Assembly: GCA_963825135.1 (NCBI GenBank)
Contig: CAWGRW010000009.1
Span: 1,184,001 to 1,248,000 of the forward strand
DNA from: an uncultured bacterium
GTDB lineage: Bacteria; Desulfobacterota_D; UBA1144; Nemesobacterales; UBA2774
Length of the DNA: 64,000 nucleotides
Direction of reading: 5' to 3'
The notes under the pieces are model-generated. The model was not told where the DNA came from, did not search any database, and saw nothing but the letters and a program-made list of their open reading frames with translations. Positions 10,216 through 21,392 of this stretch are shown here, in pieces (the stretch's first letter is position 1; every line of letters begins with the position of its first letter). A program made the translations under genes and the position numbers.

Positions 10216-10405
10216 GAGGTTCTGTATACGAAAGCCCCGATGGAATCTTTACCGCCTGAGGATAAAGACGGCTTAAGCATGGGATAGACGTATCGGGTTC
10301 GGATGAGGATTTCTGCCTGATAAGCGCGGCGTTGGCCTCCCCTGATGCCGCTGTGTTGTGCTATACTGCATATCAATCCGTATATGCATATAAAGGAGGT
10401 CTACT

Positions 10406-11354
10406 ATGGCGTCATCAGGCCGTTCAAAGAGCAGCGTAAATACCGAGGCATGGCCGAGCCTACCGCTCGATGAGTGGAAGGAAACATATGCGACCCTCCA
10501 CATGTGGACTCAGGTAGTCGGCAAGATCAGGTTCGCTCAGACCCCCTGGGTCAACCACTCGTGGCACGTGACGCTCTACGTGACGAGCCGCGGGCTCACG
10601 ACCTCGCCAATCCCCTACGGCGAGAAAACATTCGAGATCGATTTCGATTTTATAGACCACAGGCTCGTTATTGAGACGAGCGCCGGCGACGTCAGACATA
10701 TAGAGCTCCGCCCGCGCACGGTCGCCGATTTTTACGGGGAGGTCATGTCCACTCTGCGTGACCTCGGTCTCGACATACGCATTCATACACTGCCGAACGA
10801 GGTCGCCGATCCCGTCCCGTTCGAGAAAGACCTGCAGCACGCTTTCTATGATCCTGACTACGCCAACCGTTTCTGGCGCATATTAGTCCAAACGGACCGT
10901 GTGTTCAAGGAGTTCCGCGCGCGATTCATCGGCAAGTGCAGCCCCGTGCATTTCTTCTGGGGGAGCTTCGACATGGCGGTGACGCGCTTCTCCGGGCGGA
11001 CCGCTCCCCCGCATCCCGGAGGCGTGCCGCACCTCCCCGACGTGGTCGCGCGGGAAGCATACTCGCACGAGGTGAGCAGCTGCGGGTTCTGGCCGGGCGG
11101 CGGCCCCGTGCCCTATCCTGTTTTCTATTCGTACGCGTACCCGGCGCCCGAAGGGTTCAAGGATGCCGCCGTGAAACCGCCTGCCGCTTTCTACAGCGCA
11201 GACCTCGGGGAGTTCCTCCTTCCCTACGACGAGGTGAGAACGGTCCAAACGGCCCGACGACGTGCTCCTCGATTTCCTCCAGAGCACCTATGAGGCTGCA
11301 GCGGATCTCGCGAAGTGGGACCGCCCTGCGCTTGAGCGCGACAAGCTCCCGTAA
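10406..11354 (+). CDS. DUF5996 (Ava_C0101-like) protein, one frameshift near 11242
   Basis: TLHMWTQVVGK, VHFFWGSFD, REAYSHE; the expected C-terminus PDDVLLDFLQSTYEAAADLAKWDRPALER continues in another frame to TAA at 11354. Confidence 0.85.
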
Positions 11355-12606
11355 CGATTAAGAGAGACGACGAAGGCTGAGGGGTTTCAGCTTTTAATGG
11401 CGAAAGAAGCTCATGCCTTTTCTCCACGGAGGGTTTCCACAGCATCGGCAGAAATACGATCGCAAAAATAAGGAAAGACAGAATCCACAGGATTTGCGAA
11501 ACGGCGATCCAGAGCCCGTAATTGCCGCCGTCTATTAGCGGGAAGAACACCCTCACGATAGCCCCGGCGAGCAAGACCGTAAAAATCCAGAACACTATCC
11601 GGGGCGGCGCGAATACGTTCCTTCCGGTATGCCCCAGGATCACGCGGGACATGAAGCCGACCGTCATGATTCCGATCCCGCCGTATGTGAAGCTGTGAAG
11701 CGCGGGAAGCTCCGGGATATTGAAATAGAGGGAGAGGAATTTAAGGCCGAACCCTATCGCGATCCAGGCATAAGCGACGAACAGGACCCAGAGCATGGGT
11801 TTGTCCCATATCCCTTTTGAGTACCACCCGTATAACCTGACCGAATAGATCAGAGCGAGTATTCCCGAGATTATCGAAACGAATTTTCCGCTCGTAAAAA
11901 CGAGCTCCGGGAAGAAAAACAAAACGAAGAAGAAAACGCTCAGCATGTCGATGACTCTCCAGTTCCTGGGCTCGAATTTGAACCCGAAACCGTTCCTGAT
12001 AAAGAGGGGTATCATCATCCGGCCCATGAGCAGGATAATGGATATGACAAGGAATAGGGCCGAATATACGCCCCAGCGCTGGCCGTCCGTCAGTACCCCA
12101 AACACGCCGAGATAAAATATAACGTTGCTAACGGCTATCAGCCCAAGGTGAGCGGCGAGCGCCGTTTTCTCCCGGTCCATACCCCTTATTACCGGATACA
12201 ATGTTCTGATAGCGAGAATCAGAACAAACAGGCAATCGAGAATCGCCCCGGCCATCCAGGATATGTCCGTAATCAGGGTTAACGAGATAAACACCCTCGC
12301 GAGTATCCAGAGGGCAATCAATATAACGAGCGCGGATTTTTTACTTATCAGGGCCCCGAATCTGTACTTCTCAATCGTTAGCAGAAAACCGGCTATTACC
12401 GCTATTGTATAGCCGAACAGCATCTCGTGGGCATGCCACATAGTCGGGGAAATATTCTCGAAATTCAGCCTGAGCTTGAAGGTATAGAAGGCTGTCCACA
12501 ACGTCATATAGAACAACGATGACACCGTTGCCAGTATAAAAAACGGCCTGTAGGCGGATTCGAACATCGAGAAATTCCGGTCGCTGCTCGTTATTATTCG
12601 TTTCAA
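11224..12606 (-). CDS. nnrS: NnrS family haem-copper membrane protein
   Basis: YRPFF, WHAHEMLFGY, AGFLLT, RVILGHTGR motifs; start uncertain (12567-12702); 3' read-through past ~11400 may be an indel artefact. Confidence 0.88.
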   Translation of the reverse strand: MKRIITSSDRNFSMFESAYRPFFILATVSSLFYMTLWTAFYTFKLRLNFENISPTMWHAHEMLFGYTIAVIAGFLLTIEKYRFGALISKKSALVILIALWILARVFISLTLITDISWMAGAILDCLFVLILAIRTLYPVIRGMDREKTALAAHLGLIAVSNVIFYLGVFGVLTDGQRWGVYSALFLVISIILLMGRMMIPLFIRNGFGFKFEPRNWRVIDMLSVFFFVLFFFPELVFTSGKFVSIISGILALIYSVRLYGWYSKGIWDKPMLWVLFVAYAWIAIGFGLKFLSLYFNIPELPALHSFTYGGIGIMTVGFMSRVILGHTGRNVFAPPRIVFWIFTVLLAGAIVRVFFPLIDGGNYGLWIAVSQILWILSFLIFAIVFLPMLWKPSVEKRHELLSPLKAETPQPSSSLLIVTGACRAQAQGGPTSRDPLQPHRCSGGNRGARRRAVWTVLTSS

Positions 12607-12817
12607 CTTAAACCCCGTGTTCGTAGCAAGTGAGCACTCACTCAATATCTTACGTGCCCGGCTTCGCCTGTAAAGTCTCATGTGTGATTCTCGGCCAATC
12701 ATCGTTAGTCGGCCGATAAGCTGCCGCCGGTGCGGGAATCTCGGGCGTCAACTGGTATACTAGAAATATAAACTTTAAGAAGCTCACCCACAAAATACTC
12801 TCAATGCAGGAGGAACA

Positions 12818-13243
12818 ATGAAAAGAAACGGTTCTGCGGTATGGAAAGGAGACCTCAAAAGCGGTCAGGGTACGGTATCGACAGAGAGCGGCGTGCTCTC
12901 CGACACTCAGTATTCGTTCAAGACCCGTTTTGAAGACGGGAAGGGCACTAATCCCGAAGAGCTGATCGCCGCGGCACACGCGGGCTGTTTCTCTATGGCG
13001 CTCTCCTCAGAGCTGGGCAAGCTCGGTGCGACCGCCGAGAGTATCAGGACGACGGCTACGCTCTCTTTCGAAAAAACGGACGCGGGGTTTACGATTACGG
13101 CCATTCATCTGAATACGAAGGCCAAGGTGCCCGGGGCGGATAAAGCGACGTTCGATAAGGCCGCTGATAACGCGAAGAAGGGCTGCCCCGTTTCCCGTGT
13201 CCTCAACGCCCAGATCACACTCGACGCGACGCTCGAGAGCTGA
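12818..13243 (+). CDS. osmC: OsmC family peroxiredoxin
   Basis: [20 protein letters not shown] and CPVSR catalytic cysteines. Confidence 0.96.
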   Translation: MKRNGSAVWKGDLKSGQGTVSTESGVLSDTQYSFKTRFEDGKGTNPEELIAAAHAGCFSMALSSELGKLGATAESIRTTATLSFEKTDAGFTITAIHLNTKAKVPGADKATFDKAADNAKKGCPVSRVLNAQITLDATLES

Positions 13244-13303
13244 GAGTAACAGCCCGGCGCTATTGCCGTGATATTTTGATATATACGGTAAGGTCGGAAA
13301 GGA

Positions 13304-13337
13304 CACTTTGACTCCCCTGTGTAGCGGAGTCAAAGTG
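13304..13337. terminator. Hairpin between convergent genes (possible bidirectional terminator)
   Basis: 12-bp perfect stem CACTTTGACTCC/GGAGTCAAAGTG with 10-nt loop. Confidence 0.55.
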
Positions 13338-13357
13338 CGTTTTATAATTCCCGGGAT

Positions 13358-13732
13358 TTACCAAAGCCCTTGTATCGCTACACCGTTGTGCGCCGTCACA
13401 ACCTTGCACTTCCCCGCCCATTCTACCAATGCGCCTATGTCTGTCCACTCTTTCGGTGCCCTCTTCCAATGATCGTCGAGGCCAGCCTGTTTCTCGTACA
13501 ACTCGTCCAAAACGAACATAGTGTTGCCCGTCGGCGCCGAGGTCGGATCCAAAGGATTCGCCAGTTCCGGCCCTTTGATGATGTTATAACGAAGCATCGC
13601 TAATTCGCCCGTCCTGTGATGCGTCGCCTCCATCCATTTAGCGTGGCTTGCGAAAATTCTCTCTCCCTCGGCTACATGCTCCTTGGGGCATATAAACGTA
13701 ATGGTAATCTGTGTTTTGCCTATAGTAGACAT
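13358..13732 (-). CDS. Hypothetical protein (possible dimeric alpha/beta barrel)
   Basis: AGGAGG RBS before ATG 13732; FVLDELYE...GLDDHW pattern reminiscent of ABM-like proteins. Confidence 0.6.
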   Translation of the reverse strand: MSTIGKTQITITFICPKEHVAEGERIFASHAKWMEATHHRTGELAMLRYNIIKGPELANPLDPTSAPTGNTMFVLDELYEKQAGLDDHWKRAPKEWTDIGALVEWAGKCKVVTAHNGVAIQGLW

Positions 13733-13987
13733 ATACACACCTCCTTAATAGGTTTTTTGATTATTCTTATATATACGTCGAGCAAAGTAATACGGTTTGC
13801 CCGAATCATACCGGTATATATGTACATACAACACAAATTGAGCTTATTTGTCAATGAGCAGCCTGTAGGAATCGTGAAGCGAAATCATTACAATCGGTTG
13901 GTCGAAATTTTAGAGAGTTGATTATTGTGAATACCGGTAAGCTTAAACCGGTCAAAATCATCTCCGGAATAGCGGGCCCGTGAAGAA

Positions 13988-15532
13988 TTAATCCTCTCTT
14001 AAGAACAGATACAAGGTTATTTGATTGTTAGTGTCATCCCTTCTTGGCTTACCGTGCTTACGCGTATCGGGAAATTCTTTTTTCTCTATGATTCGGTAAG
14101 GCGCATATCCGGAGTTCAATAAGAATTCGCGGAATTCTTCCGGCAGAGGATATGGCTTTTCTCTAACGACTACCCATATCCGATTATTATCTGACACACA
14201 TCCGTCCAGTTCGTTTTTGATCTCCTCAGCATCAGTAAGGCGTTTTTTTATGAGGCACGGCTTCAGATTGCCCCGGTAGTACCAGTTAAAATCGTCGTAG
14301 ACCTGGCCGCTGGTATCATCCGGAAATACGATTGCGTCGTTTGTCTTCCCCTGATTCCCGACATAGGCCGCGACCTCTCTCCACTGCTCGCGGACGGGCT
14401 CTACGTAGAATTGATGGAGGCCCGGAACAATGAGGATAAGATAGGCTGCGAAGGTTATTCCCAATGGCACGACTTTCCCCATCTTTACCAAGACGAGCGC
14501 GATCAGGATGTAAAAAGCCGGCGATGAACAGCTCACATATCTATGAAGGTACATCGGCTTTATAAATTCAGATAACAGGAAAGGCGTTAATATTGGGAAT
14601 ATCAGCCAAACGGCTACCAGCAGCGTTTCACGTTTATGGCCGTTCAGGTTCATTAAATTCTCCGGGAGGGATTTGAGCGAGGCGAGCCACCGCTCGGCTC
14701 CGACATACCGTGCAAAAAGAAAGGTGGCTAGAACGAAGAAGAGGAGAGCGGCCGCAATTGTCATCGGGGAGGGGTAATCGAGCCCTGATCCGACATACTG
14801 CATAAGAGTCATTAACGGCATCCACGGTGGGGGCGCCGGTATCCAATTCGGGCCGATGCCCCCGGCGGCGGCGTCGTGTAAACTGGATAGAATGGAGGGA
14901 AGTATCCCCGCCAGGATAATTGCCTGGCTGAGGAACCACCGCGGGATAAGTCCCTTCATGGATCTGACGCATACGACAAAATAAATGCCCTGCGCGGCAA
15001 TTATAAGCAACCCGAAATCGTGCGTGTAATAGAGGAGTACCGTGGATAATGAATACAATAAGAAATAGAGGAGCCTTCTTTTTCCAAGTGCATTGATATA
15101 AAAATAGAAACTAAGAAGTGTCAACAATACGAAGAGACTGTAGTAACGCAGATCTTGAGAATAATATATTTGATATTGGGAAACGGCCATCAGGAGGGCG
15201 CTCACGAGGCCTATTTTTTCATCGAACAGCGCTTTCCCGACACAATAAATTAAAGGTATGGATATCGTTCCGAGAAGCGCGGGCAGCATCCTTGTCGCGG
15301 CCTCGGAGGTCCCGAAGAGAGCTATCCAGAAGTGAGCGAGTATCACGAATAACGGCGGTCTGCCGCCCAATAATATGGAACCGAGGTCTCCCCGGGCGAC
15401 CCGGAGCATAATAATTTCATCGTGCCAGTAGCTCTCGCCGCTAAGGTCATAAATCCTCAGTACTGCTGACAGGACAACGATGAGAAGTAATAAGTAATAG
15501 CCGCTATATTTTGCTTTACAAACAGTATTCAT
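13988..15532 (-). CDS. GT-C fold glycosyltransferase (family 39/PMT_2, ArnT-like)
   Basis: LRIYDLSGESYWHDE, PPLF, YSQDLRYYSL; many TM helices. Confidence 0.88.
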   Translation of the reverse strand: MNTVCKAKYSGYYLLLLIVVLSAVLRIYDLSGESYWHDEIIMLRVARGDLGSILLGGRPPLFVILAHFWIALFGTSEAATRMLPALLGTISIPLIYCVGKALFDEKIGLVSALLMAVSQYQIYYSQDLRYYSLFVLLTLLSFYFYINALGKRRLLYFLLYSLSTVLLYYTHDFGLLIIAAQGIYFVVCVRSMKGLIPRWFLSQAIILAGILPSILSSLHDAAAGGIGPNWIPAPPPWMPLMTLMQYVGSGLDYPSPMTIAAALLFFVLATFLFARYVGAERWLASLKSLPENLMNLNGHKRETLLVAVWLIFPILTPFLLSEFIKPMYLHRYVSCSSPAFYILIALVLVKMGKVVPLGITFAAYLILIVPGLHQFYVEPVREQWREVAAYVGNQGKTNDAIVFPDDTSGQVYDDFNWYYRGNLKPCLIKKRLTDAEEIKNELDGCVSDNNRIWVVVREKPYPLPEEFREFLLNSGYAPYRIIEKKEFPDTRKHGKPRRDDTNNQITLYLFLRED

Positions 15533-15592
15533 AACCTCTAAAGACCCCTGCTTTGTACGCTTCGAATAAATATCCCAATATTTATTCGGGAT

Positions 15593-16570
15593 TCATATTA
15601 AACCGTTTGCTTCGTACCATTCATATGTTTTTTTCAGCCCTGTCCTTAAATCTGTCTTGGGTTGGAAACCCAGCTCCCTTTTCGCTTTTGATATATCAAA
15701 AGCCCTGTTACTTCTGAAGAATTCAATCCTCCTTGGATATATGGGCGGATTTATATTCAGCGGTTTAAACGCCCATTCGCAAGTTTTAGCAAGGTAGTAA
15801 ACCGGGAGAAATGGCAAACGGAAACCTGGAATATTTACACCAAGAATATTTGAAATAATTGATACAAGCGCGTTGAGCTTCACAAATTCATCAGATCCAA
15901 GAATATATATATTCCCTGCTGCTTCCTCCCTCTTTCCGCATAGAAGAATGCCTTCTATCAGATCATCGATATAAATCATATGATATTGCACATCGCCGGA
16001 GCCTAACATTACGAAATAACGTTTTTTTATCGCCCGGAAAAGCTTCAAAAATCTGAGATCTCCGGGGCCATAAATACCGCAAGGCCGAAAAATTACTATG
16101 GGCAATTTATTTTCTCTTGAGTACCCGGAAACTATTCGCTCGCCTTCGACTTTGGAAAGTTGGTAATCATCCTTAGGCGAGAAGTGGGAATTCTCATCGG
16201 CAGAGGCCGTTAAAACAGACCCATGAACCCCTACGGTGCTGCAATGAACAAATCTCTTAACCCCTTCCTCAAAAGCGGCTTTCAGTATATTCTTGGTACC
16301 GGTTACATTAGTTTCGAATAGATCCTTTTTATTCAGGTTATCACGCCAGGCCGCAGCGAGATTAAAAACAATATCAATCCCGATCATAGCTCTTTGAAGG
16401 GAGTAGAAATCCCTTAGATCCCCGATCGCCGTTTCGAAGCCTTTCGTTTTGAGTTGCTCTGCTTTTTGCGGATTTCTGACAAGGGCTCTAACGGTATAGC
16501 CATCGTATTGCAGGCGTTCGCAAAGATTACTGCCTAAAAAACCCGTGGCGCCGGTAACTAACACTTTCAT
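15593..16570 (-). CDS. NAD-dependent epimerase/dehydratase
   Basis: VTGATGFLG, YxxSK (YQLSK), RPCGIYGPGD. Confidence 0.92.
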   Translation of the reverse strand: MKVLVTGATGFLGSNLCERLQYDGYTVRALVRNPQKAEQLKTKGFETAIGDLRDFYSLQRAMIGIDIVFNLAAAWRDNLNKKDLFETNVTGTKNILKAAFEEGVKRFVHCSTVGVHGSVLTASADENSHFSPKDDYQLSKVEGERIVSGYSRENKLPIVIFRPCGIYGPGDLRFLKLFRAIKKRYFVMLGSGDVQYHMIYIDDLIEGILLCGKREEAAGNIYILGSDEFVKLNALVSIISNILGVNIPGFRLPFLPVYYLAKTCEWAFKPLNINPPIYPRRIEFFRSNRAFDISKAKRELGFQPKTDLRTGLKKTYEWYEANGLI

Positions 16571-16633
16571 ATTTTCAGGCCTAGTGTAAACCAATTTTAT
16601 CTGAAAATCTTTAATCCCGTTTTAGCGCTGTGC

Positions 16634-17584
16634 CTAAGATGTCTGAATTGTTTTTCTCGCTTCAAATAACCCTCCGACCATGCCTGGAATGACGTTGATA
16701 ATTGCAAATACGATTATCGAATACGCGAATGCATCGTTATTGTTAACCCCAAAAGCACCCAATAGGAGAATGAAAGAGCTCTCTCTCAAACCCAGTCCCG
16801 ATATCGAAATGGGGATCATAGTCACCAGCACTACCACGGACCTTATCCATCCCAAAGCGACGAAGGGAACATTTGCATCTATCGATAGTAGAATCAGGTA
16901 ATAAATAATGAGGCTGATCAGCTGTGAGATTACAGAAACTATTACCATTATGGCGACTGATGAAAACGGGACTTTTCCGAGAGTAGACAGGTTCTTGATG
17001 GACTTATTTAATCTGGGCGATTCGTACACCCTATTCGCAAGCTCGAGGAGTTTTCCTATTGCTCTATGGTCTCTATCAAAGAATATCAAAAAACATAAAG
17101 CCGCAAGCCCTGCCAGTATTGAAACCATTACAAGGACCAGCAAATAGGAATCCTTAGGAAAGCTCATAACCCAAAAGAGCAGGCCGACTGCGCAGAGCGC
17201 GATAGTCGCGAATACCCGGTCTAACGCTAAAGCAACCAGAGCTTCCGATAGTTTATTGTCCTTGCCGGAGAGCTTGTAGAATTTTATCGCACCCCCCGTC
17301 AGATTCCCGCCGGGAAGGAAAAGGCCGTAAAACACAGTGCTGAGGTTAATCTCGAATGCCTGAAATGTGGTTATGTTCAGGCCCTGACGAGCTGAGAAGA
17401 ACTTGAGTCTATACGAAGCAATAAGCCATACAACAAAATCTAAAACGAGGGCGAATATCAAATAAACATGGTTTGCGGACAGGATCGAGCTTTTTACGTC
17501 GGAAAGATTGATTTTAGACAAAAGGTATAAAATAATTGCGAACGCAACGGCAAATCTAAGGATAATCCATATTCTTTTTTTCAT
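16634..17584 (-). CDS. Lysylphosphatidylglycerol synthase TM-domain / flippase-like membrane protein
   Basis: FLPGGNLTGG, DRVF, PISISGLGLRE motifs. Confidence 0.85.
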   Translation of the reverse strand: MKKRIWIILRFAVAFAIILYLLSKINLSDVKSSILSANHVYLIFALVLDFVVWLIASYRLKFFSARQGLNITTFQAFEINLSTVFYGLFLPGGNLTGGAIKFYKLSGKDNKLSEALVALALDRVFATIALCAVGLLFWVMSFPKDSYLLVLVMVSILAGLAALCFLIFFDRDHRAIGKLLELANRVYESPRLNKSIKNLSTLGKVPFSSVAIMVIVSVISQLISLIIYYLILLSIDANVPFVALGWIRSVVVLVTMIPISISGLGLRESSFILLLGAFGVNNNDAFAYSIIVFAIINVIPGMVGGLFEARKTIQTS

Positions 17585-17702
17585 GTATCGATACGCAGCC
17601 GCCCTGAGAACCGGATAGATACGCTATGTCCTCATCTGCAATAAGACTACTTGCTCGACAGGGAAAGCCTCGATTAATTTAGCCTTACCTTACCTTGTTA
17701 CT

Positions 17703-18917
17703 TTAATTGTGGAAAGCGCACTTCCCCTTTAAGTATGACGGTCGTTCACACCCGAGCAGGTCAAGCACCGTCGGAGCGAAATCTATAGTCTCGATCTCTT
17801 TTTTATCGGCTTTATACCTGTCGTCCGTGAGGATTAACAAACCCTTTTCGGATTCGTTTTCCGGCAGGTAACCGTGATACCCTCTGTATACCGGGTCGTT
17901 GAGCCTTTTCCTCTGCTGCCCGTTTGTGACTCCGAGATATAAATTTCCTAACGGCTGATAGAAATCGTTCGGGAAGAAAATATAGCCGGGATTCAATATA
18001 AGATAGTATTCGCCGCACCTGTCGTTTTCGAACCTAACATTATATTTGTGTAAATCGTCGTACCTCATAAGATTTCCGTTTTGGATCCCAGAAAGATAAT
18101 GCAGGAGCTTTTCCCGTGCGGTGTCCGTATGGAACCAGAACCTCGCCTTGGACGCTTCTATATAATAGGTGATTTCATGATTTTTTATCCCGAGCTCTTC
18201 CATTTTTTCGATCAAATTGAACGTACCTTTGACGGCTTCCTGACCATGGTCTGACAGGATAAGCAGAGTCGCACCGTTCTTAATGCACAGGGAGTGAAGC
18301 TTTCTCATAAAGTCATCGAGCTTTTTAAAGATCTGGTTGATTTTTTCATTATCGTCTAGGTTCCAGTGCTCGAGTGTATCGATAGCGTGTGTTTGTATCA
18401 TTTCCAGTCTCTTGGAATGATTGAAGAGGCGGGACAGTACCTCTTCCAGACGGTCGAGCCTGCTGTTGAAAAAGTAAGTGCAATTATCCTCTCCAATCAT
18501 GCCGAGGAACGTATCATGATCGTTGAGTTTTTGATAATGTTTTAAATCTTGTTTCATGTACTTAGTCTTAAAAATTTCAAACCGTTTCCTCCGCCAGGGC
18601 GGTATAGATGCCAGATCGTAAGAACCTGTCACCATGTGGGCGAAACACTGCGCAGTTGTTGTGGCTATGTCGGGCAGATATTCATATGGCGCTTTATTAT
18701 CGAGGTTAATATCCGACTTTAGTCTGACCTGCCATATCTCATGCTCATGAGGATATAGACCGGTGTAAAGACTCGGTATGAGATCGACCTCGGGGAACGT
18801 ATTAATTCTCGTCCACGGATATTTATCAATGAGACCGGTCATGTAGGGCGTATTTGCATGATCCAATCTTCTTAGGTCGAGCGCAGTTGCATAAAAAACC
18901 ATTAATTTGTCGATCAT
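17703..18917 (-). CDS. Alkaline phosphatase superfamily (nucleotide pyrophosphatase/phosphodiesterase) protein
   Basis: SLYTGLYPHEH, ILSDHG, GYHGYLP, IDFAPTVL. Confidence 0.85.
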   Translation of the reverse strand: MIDKLMVFYATALDLRRLDHANTPYMTGLIDKYPWTRINTFPEVDLIPSLYTGLYPHEHEIWQVRLKSDINLDNKAPYEYLPDIATTTAQCFAHMVTGSYDLASIPPWRRKRFEIFKTKYMKQDLKHYQKLNDHDTFLGMIGEDNCTYFFNSRLDRLEEVLSRLFNHSKRLEMIQTHAIDTLEHWNLDDNEKINQIFKKLDDFMRKLHSLCIKNGATLLILSDHGQEAVKGTFNLIEKMEELGIKNHEITYYIEASKARFWFHTDTAREKLLHYLSGIQNGNLMRYDDLHKYNVRFENDRCGEYYLILNPGYIFFPNDFYQPLGNLYLGVTNGQQRKRLNDPVYRGYHGYLPENESEKGLLILTDDRYKADKKEIETIDFAPTVLDLLGCERPSYLKGKCAFHN

Positions 18918-18986
18918 CTTGCCTGTCCTCTTCGTCCGTTGATTTATACCATTTATTCCTTATATTCGATTAAAGTAGAGCCTCGA

Positions 18987-19712
18987 CTATACATTCTTCA
19001 CAGCCTTCATTACTATCGGGTTACCAAATAGATTTGTAATATGCAGGATTCTGAATATTTCTTCAATTTTGATTGATATTGCCGGGCGATTAACCCAGCG
19101 GTGAAAAGCCAGAGGCATAAAAAATTGTTTCTCGGCGTGAATAGCTTGAAACCCGTTTTTCCTTATTTCCTCTGACGCTTCCCTCAGTGAGATAATATTA
19201 TAGACTCTTGTTTCGGGCAAGAACAGCTTAATTAATCTCTTGAGCAGTATGTCCGCGCCGGCAAAACTAAAGATAGACGGAAAGTCTATAACGAATTCCC
19301 CGCCCGAGACTCTGCAAATCTCCCGAACCCCCTTCCTCCAATCGCGGAGGTGCATGAGCATCCTCGAAGAAACGACACAGTCAAAGGCACCGTCTTTAAA
19401 TGAGAGCAGGTACGCATCACAAACTACCGCCTTTATGTTCAATCCCAGCTCATCAGCCTTTACCTTCGCAACCCCGAGCATCTCCGGCGACATATCAGAC
19501 GCTATAACCTCCTTCGATGCGAGGAGTAAAGGGATTGTGAGCTTTCCGGTCCCGGCCCCCAGATCCAAAATAGCAATGTTTACAGGGCCTACTAATGAGA
19601 GAAACGTGGATGCTTCGAGGCCCTCCAGGTAACGTCCAAAACGACTGCCGTACCTGTCCCCGTCGAACCTCCGGGCGACGTTTTCATTCCGGTAATAAGA
19701 GGCTTTATTCAT
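18987..19712 (-). CDS. Class I SAM-dependent methyltransferase
   Basis: ILDLGAGTGK, FDCVVSSRMLMH. Confidence 0.9.
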   Translation of the reverse strand: MNKASYYRNENVARRFDGDRYGSRFGRYLEGLEASTFLSLVGPVNIAILDLGAGTGKLTIPLLLASKEVIASDMSPEMLGVAKVKADELGLNIKAVVCDAYLLSFKDGAFDCVVSSRMLMHLRDWRKGVREICRVSGGEFVIDFPSIFSFAGADILLKRLIKLFLPETRVYNIISLREASEEIRKNGFQAIHAEKQFFMPLAFHRWVNRPAISIKIEEIFRILHITNLFGNPIVMKAVKNV

Positions 19713-21388
19713 ATTGAGTAAGGTGCGAAAAATTTTGAACGAATCTCGTTCTTTTCTTCTTTAACCCTTAATTCGCCCCAGCCGAGCTCCCGTGCCATGA
19801 TTTCGGCGTATTCGTCCAGGTTGCTTTTTATGTTTGCGATGTTTAAGCAAAGATCGGTTCGCCTGAAAACCACGTCGCTCAATTTCCCGGCCATTTCTTC
19901 TTTAATTGCATAAATGATCCGAGCTTTGATCACGGACCGCCCGTCAAACATTTCTGATTCGCGTTCCCGCGCGGGGTCCGCGCATTTTAGGACTTCTCGA
20001 TAAGATGAGCCATATGCATATATGAGCTTCCGGATGAACGACGGGTCTAATCTCGGGTCGTTCTTCATTATCTCCTCATTGATATAATGCTCCGGCTCAC
20101 CGTACCCGGCGCAGCTCAAGACGGTAGATTCGGTTTTTGAAGGACAGTGCGCCTTGCCCATTTTTCTTAATACCGTATCTATGGTTTTTTCGGCGACAAT
20201 CCTGGCGTCGCTAAGTTTGACGCCGATTACCGAGATCAGGCCCTTCATCCCCCGCTCCTGTCCATGGTCGAGGATGCGATTATTATTTTCGATTCTTGCG
20301 CGACCGTTACCGTCGATCCGGGTGGGTATATAACCTCCGTAAACGAACGCGATATTTTCCATCTTCAGGGAAGCGGAAGGAAATGAATCATTGATCTCGT
20401 TTAAGAAAGAGCTTGATTCCTCTTCCGTGATATAAAAATTATCGGGTTCCGATGACGATGTCAGATGTTCGGTCCCTATCAGAGATCTGGTATTCCACGG
20501 CGTTATGAATAAATACCTGGAATTCCGCGAAAGCAAGCCGGCTGTATCCCTGTTTTGAATTCTTCTATAGAGTCCCAGGGCATACCCGGAGGTCAATTGG
20601 CGATCAACGAGCAGGTTAAACGCCCTCGAAATTCCGTATTGCCTGGTGGAGGCGTTATTACCCAAACGGTTAAGCAAGCCTATTAGCCACGGGCCTGACG
20701 CGTTCACTATGAATCTGGCGCGAATCTCGAAATTGTCCCCTGTAAGATTGTCTTTAACCTTGGCTCCCCTTACCCCCGTATCGTCTTTCAGTAATTCAAC
20801 GACCTCGAGGTAATTCGCGAGGTCGGCTCCCTCCTTGGACGCGGAAACCGCAAGCTCCAGGGTAAATCGCTCCGAGTCGGATAACTGGCAGTCGGTGAAG
20901 ACTATCCCTCCTCTGAGGTTATTATGCTCAAGGCCCGGGATAATTTCCATGCACTCTTTTCCCGACAGGGCCCGGTTCTCGAACTTCACGCTGTACATGC
21001 TCCGGGTTCCGGTAAGTCCTGAGCCGAGCAGGTTATAGACTCTGACCGCGGCGGCCAGAGATTCTTTTCTCAGGATATGATTCCCGTAGACGGGGATCAT
21101 TACCGGCATCGGGCGCACCAGGTGCGGAGCCATATTCATGAAAATAGCTTGTTCCCGGATGCATAGTCTGGCGTTCCTGAGATCAAATGAACGGAGGTGC
21201 CTAAATCCTCCGTGTATTATTCTCAGGGAGTTCGAAGAAGTACCGCTTCCGAAGTCCGATTTGTCAGCGAGAGCCACCGACAACCCCCGAAGCGCTGCGT
21301 CCCACGCCAGGAAGAGCCCGAATATCCCGCCCCCGATGACAAGAAGGTCGTACTCTTTTTCGGATAGTCGGTGCAATTCCCTCTTCAT
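19709..21388 (-). CDS. FAD-dependent glycerol-3-phosphate dehydrogenase/oxidase family protein
   Basis: DLLVIGGGIFG, DFGSGTSSNS, IHGG, VNASGPW, DVVFRRT. Confidence 0.88.
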   Translation of the reverse strand: MKRELHRLSEKEYDLLVIGGGIFGLFLAWDAALRGLSVALADKSDFGSGTSSNSLRIIHGGFRHLRSFDLRNARLCIREQAIFMNMAPHLVRPMPVMIPVYGNHILRKESLAAAVRVYNLLGSGLTGTRSMYSVKFENRALSGKECMEIIPGLEHNNLRGGIVFTDCQLSDSERFTLELAVSASKEGADLANYLEVVELLKDDTGVRGAKVKDNLTGDNFEIRARFIVNASGPWLIGLLNRLGNNASTRQYGISRAFNLLVDRQLTSGYALGLYRRIQNRDTAGLLSRNSRYLFITPWNTRSLIGTEHLTSSSEPDNFYITEEESSSFLNEINDSFPSASLKMENIAFVYGGYIPTRIDGNGRARIENNNRILDHGQERGMKGLISVIGVKLSDARIVAEKTIDTVLRKMGKAHCPSKTESTVLSCAGYGEPEHYINEEIMKNDPRLDPSFIRKLIYAYGSSYREVLKCADPARERESEMFDGRSVIKARIIYAIKEEMAGKLSDVVFRRTDLCLNIANIKSNLDEYAEIMARELGWGELRVKEEKNEIRSKFFAPYSI

Positions 21389-21392
21389 CTTC

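Noticed and set aside
11224..11410. Convergent overlap between nnrS and the DUF5996 gene
   Set aside because: A one-base change in the A run near 11420 would end NnrS before the overlap; likely artefact.
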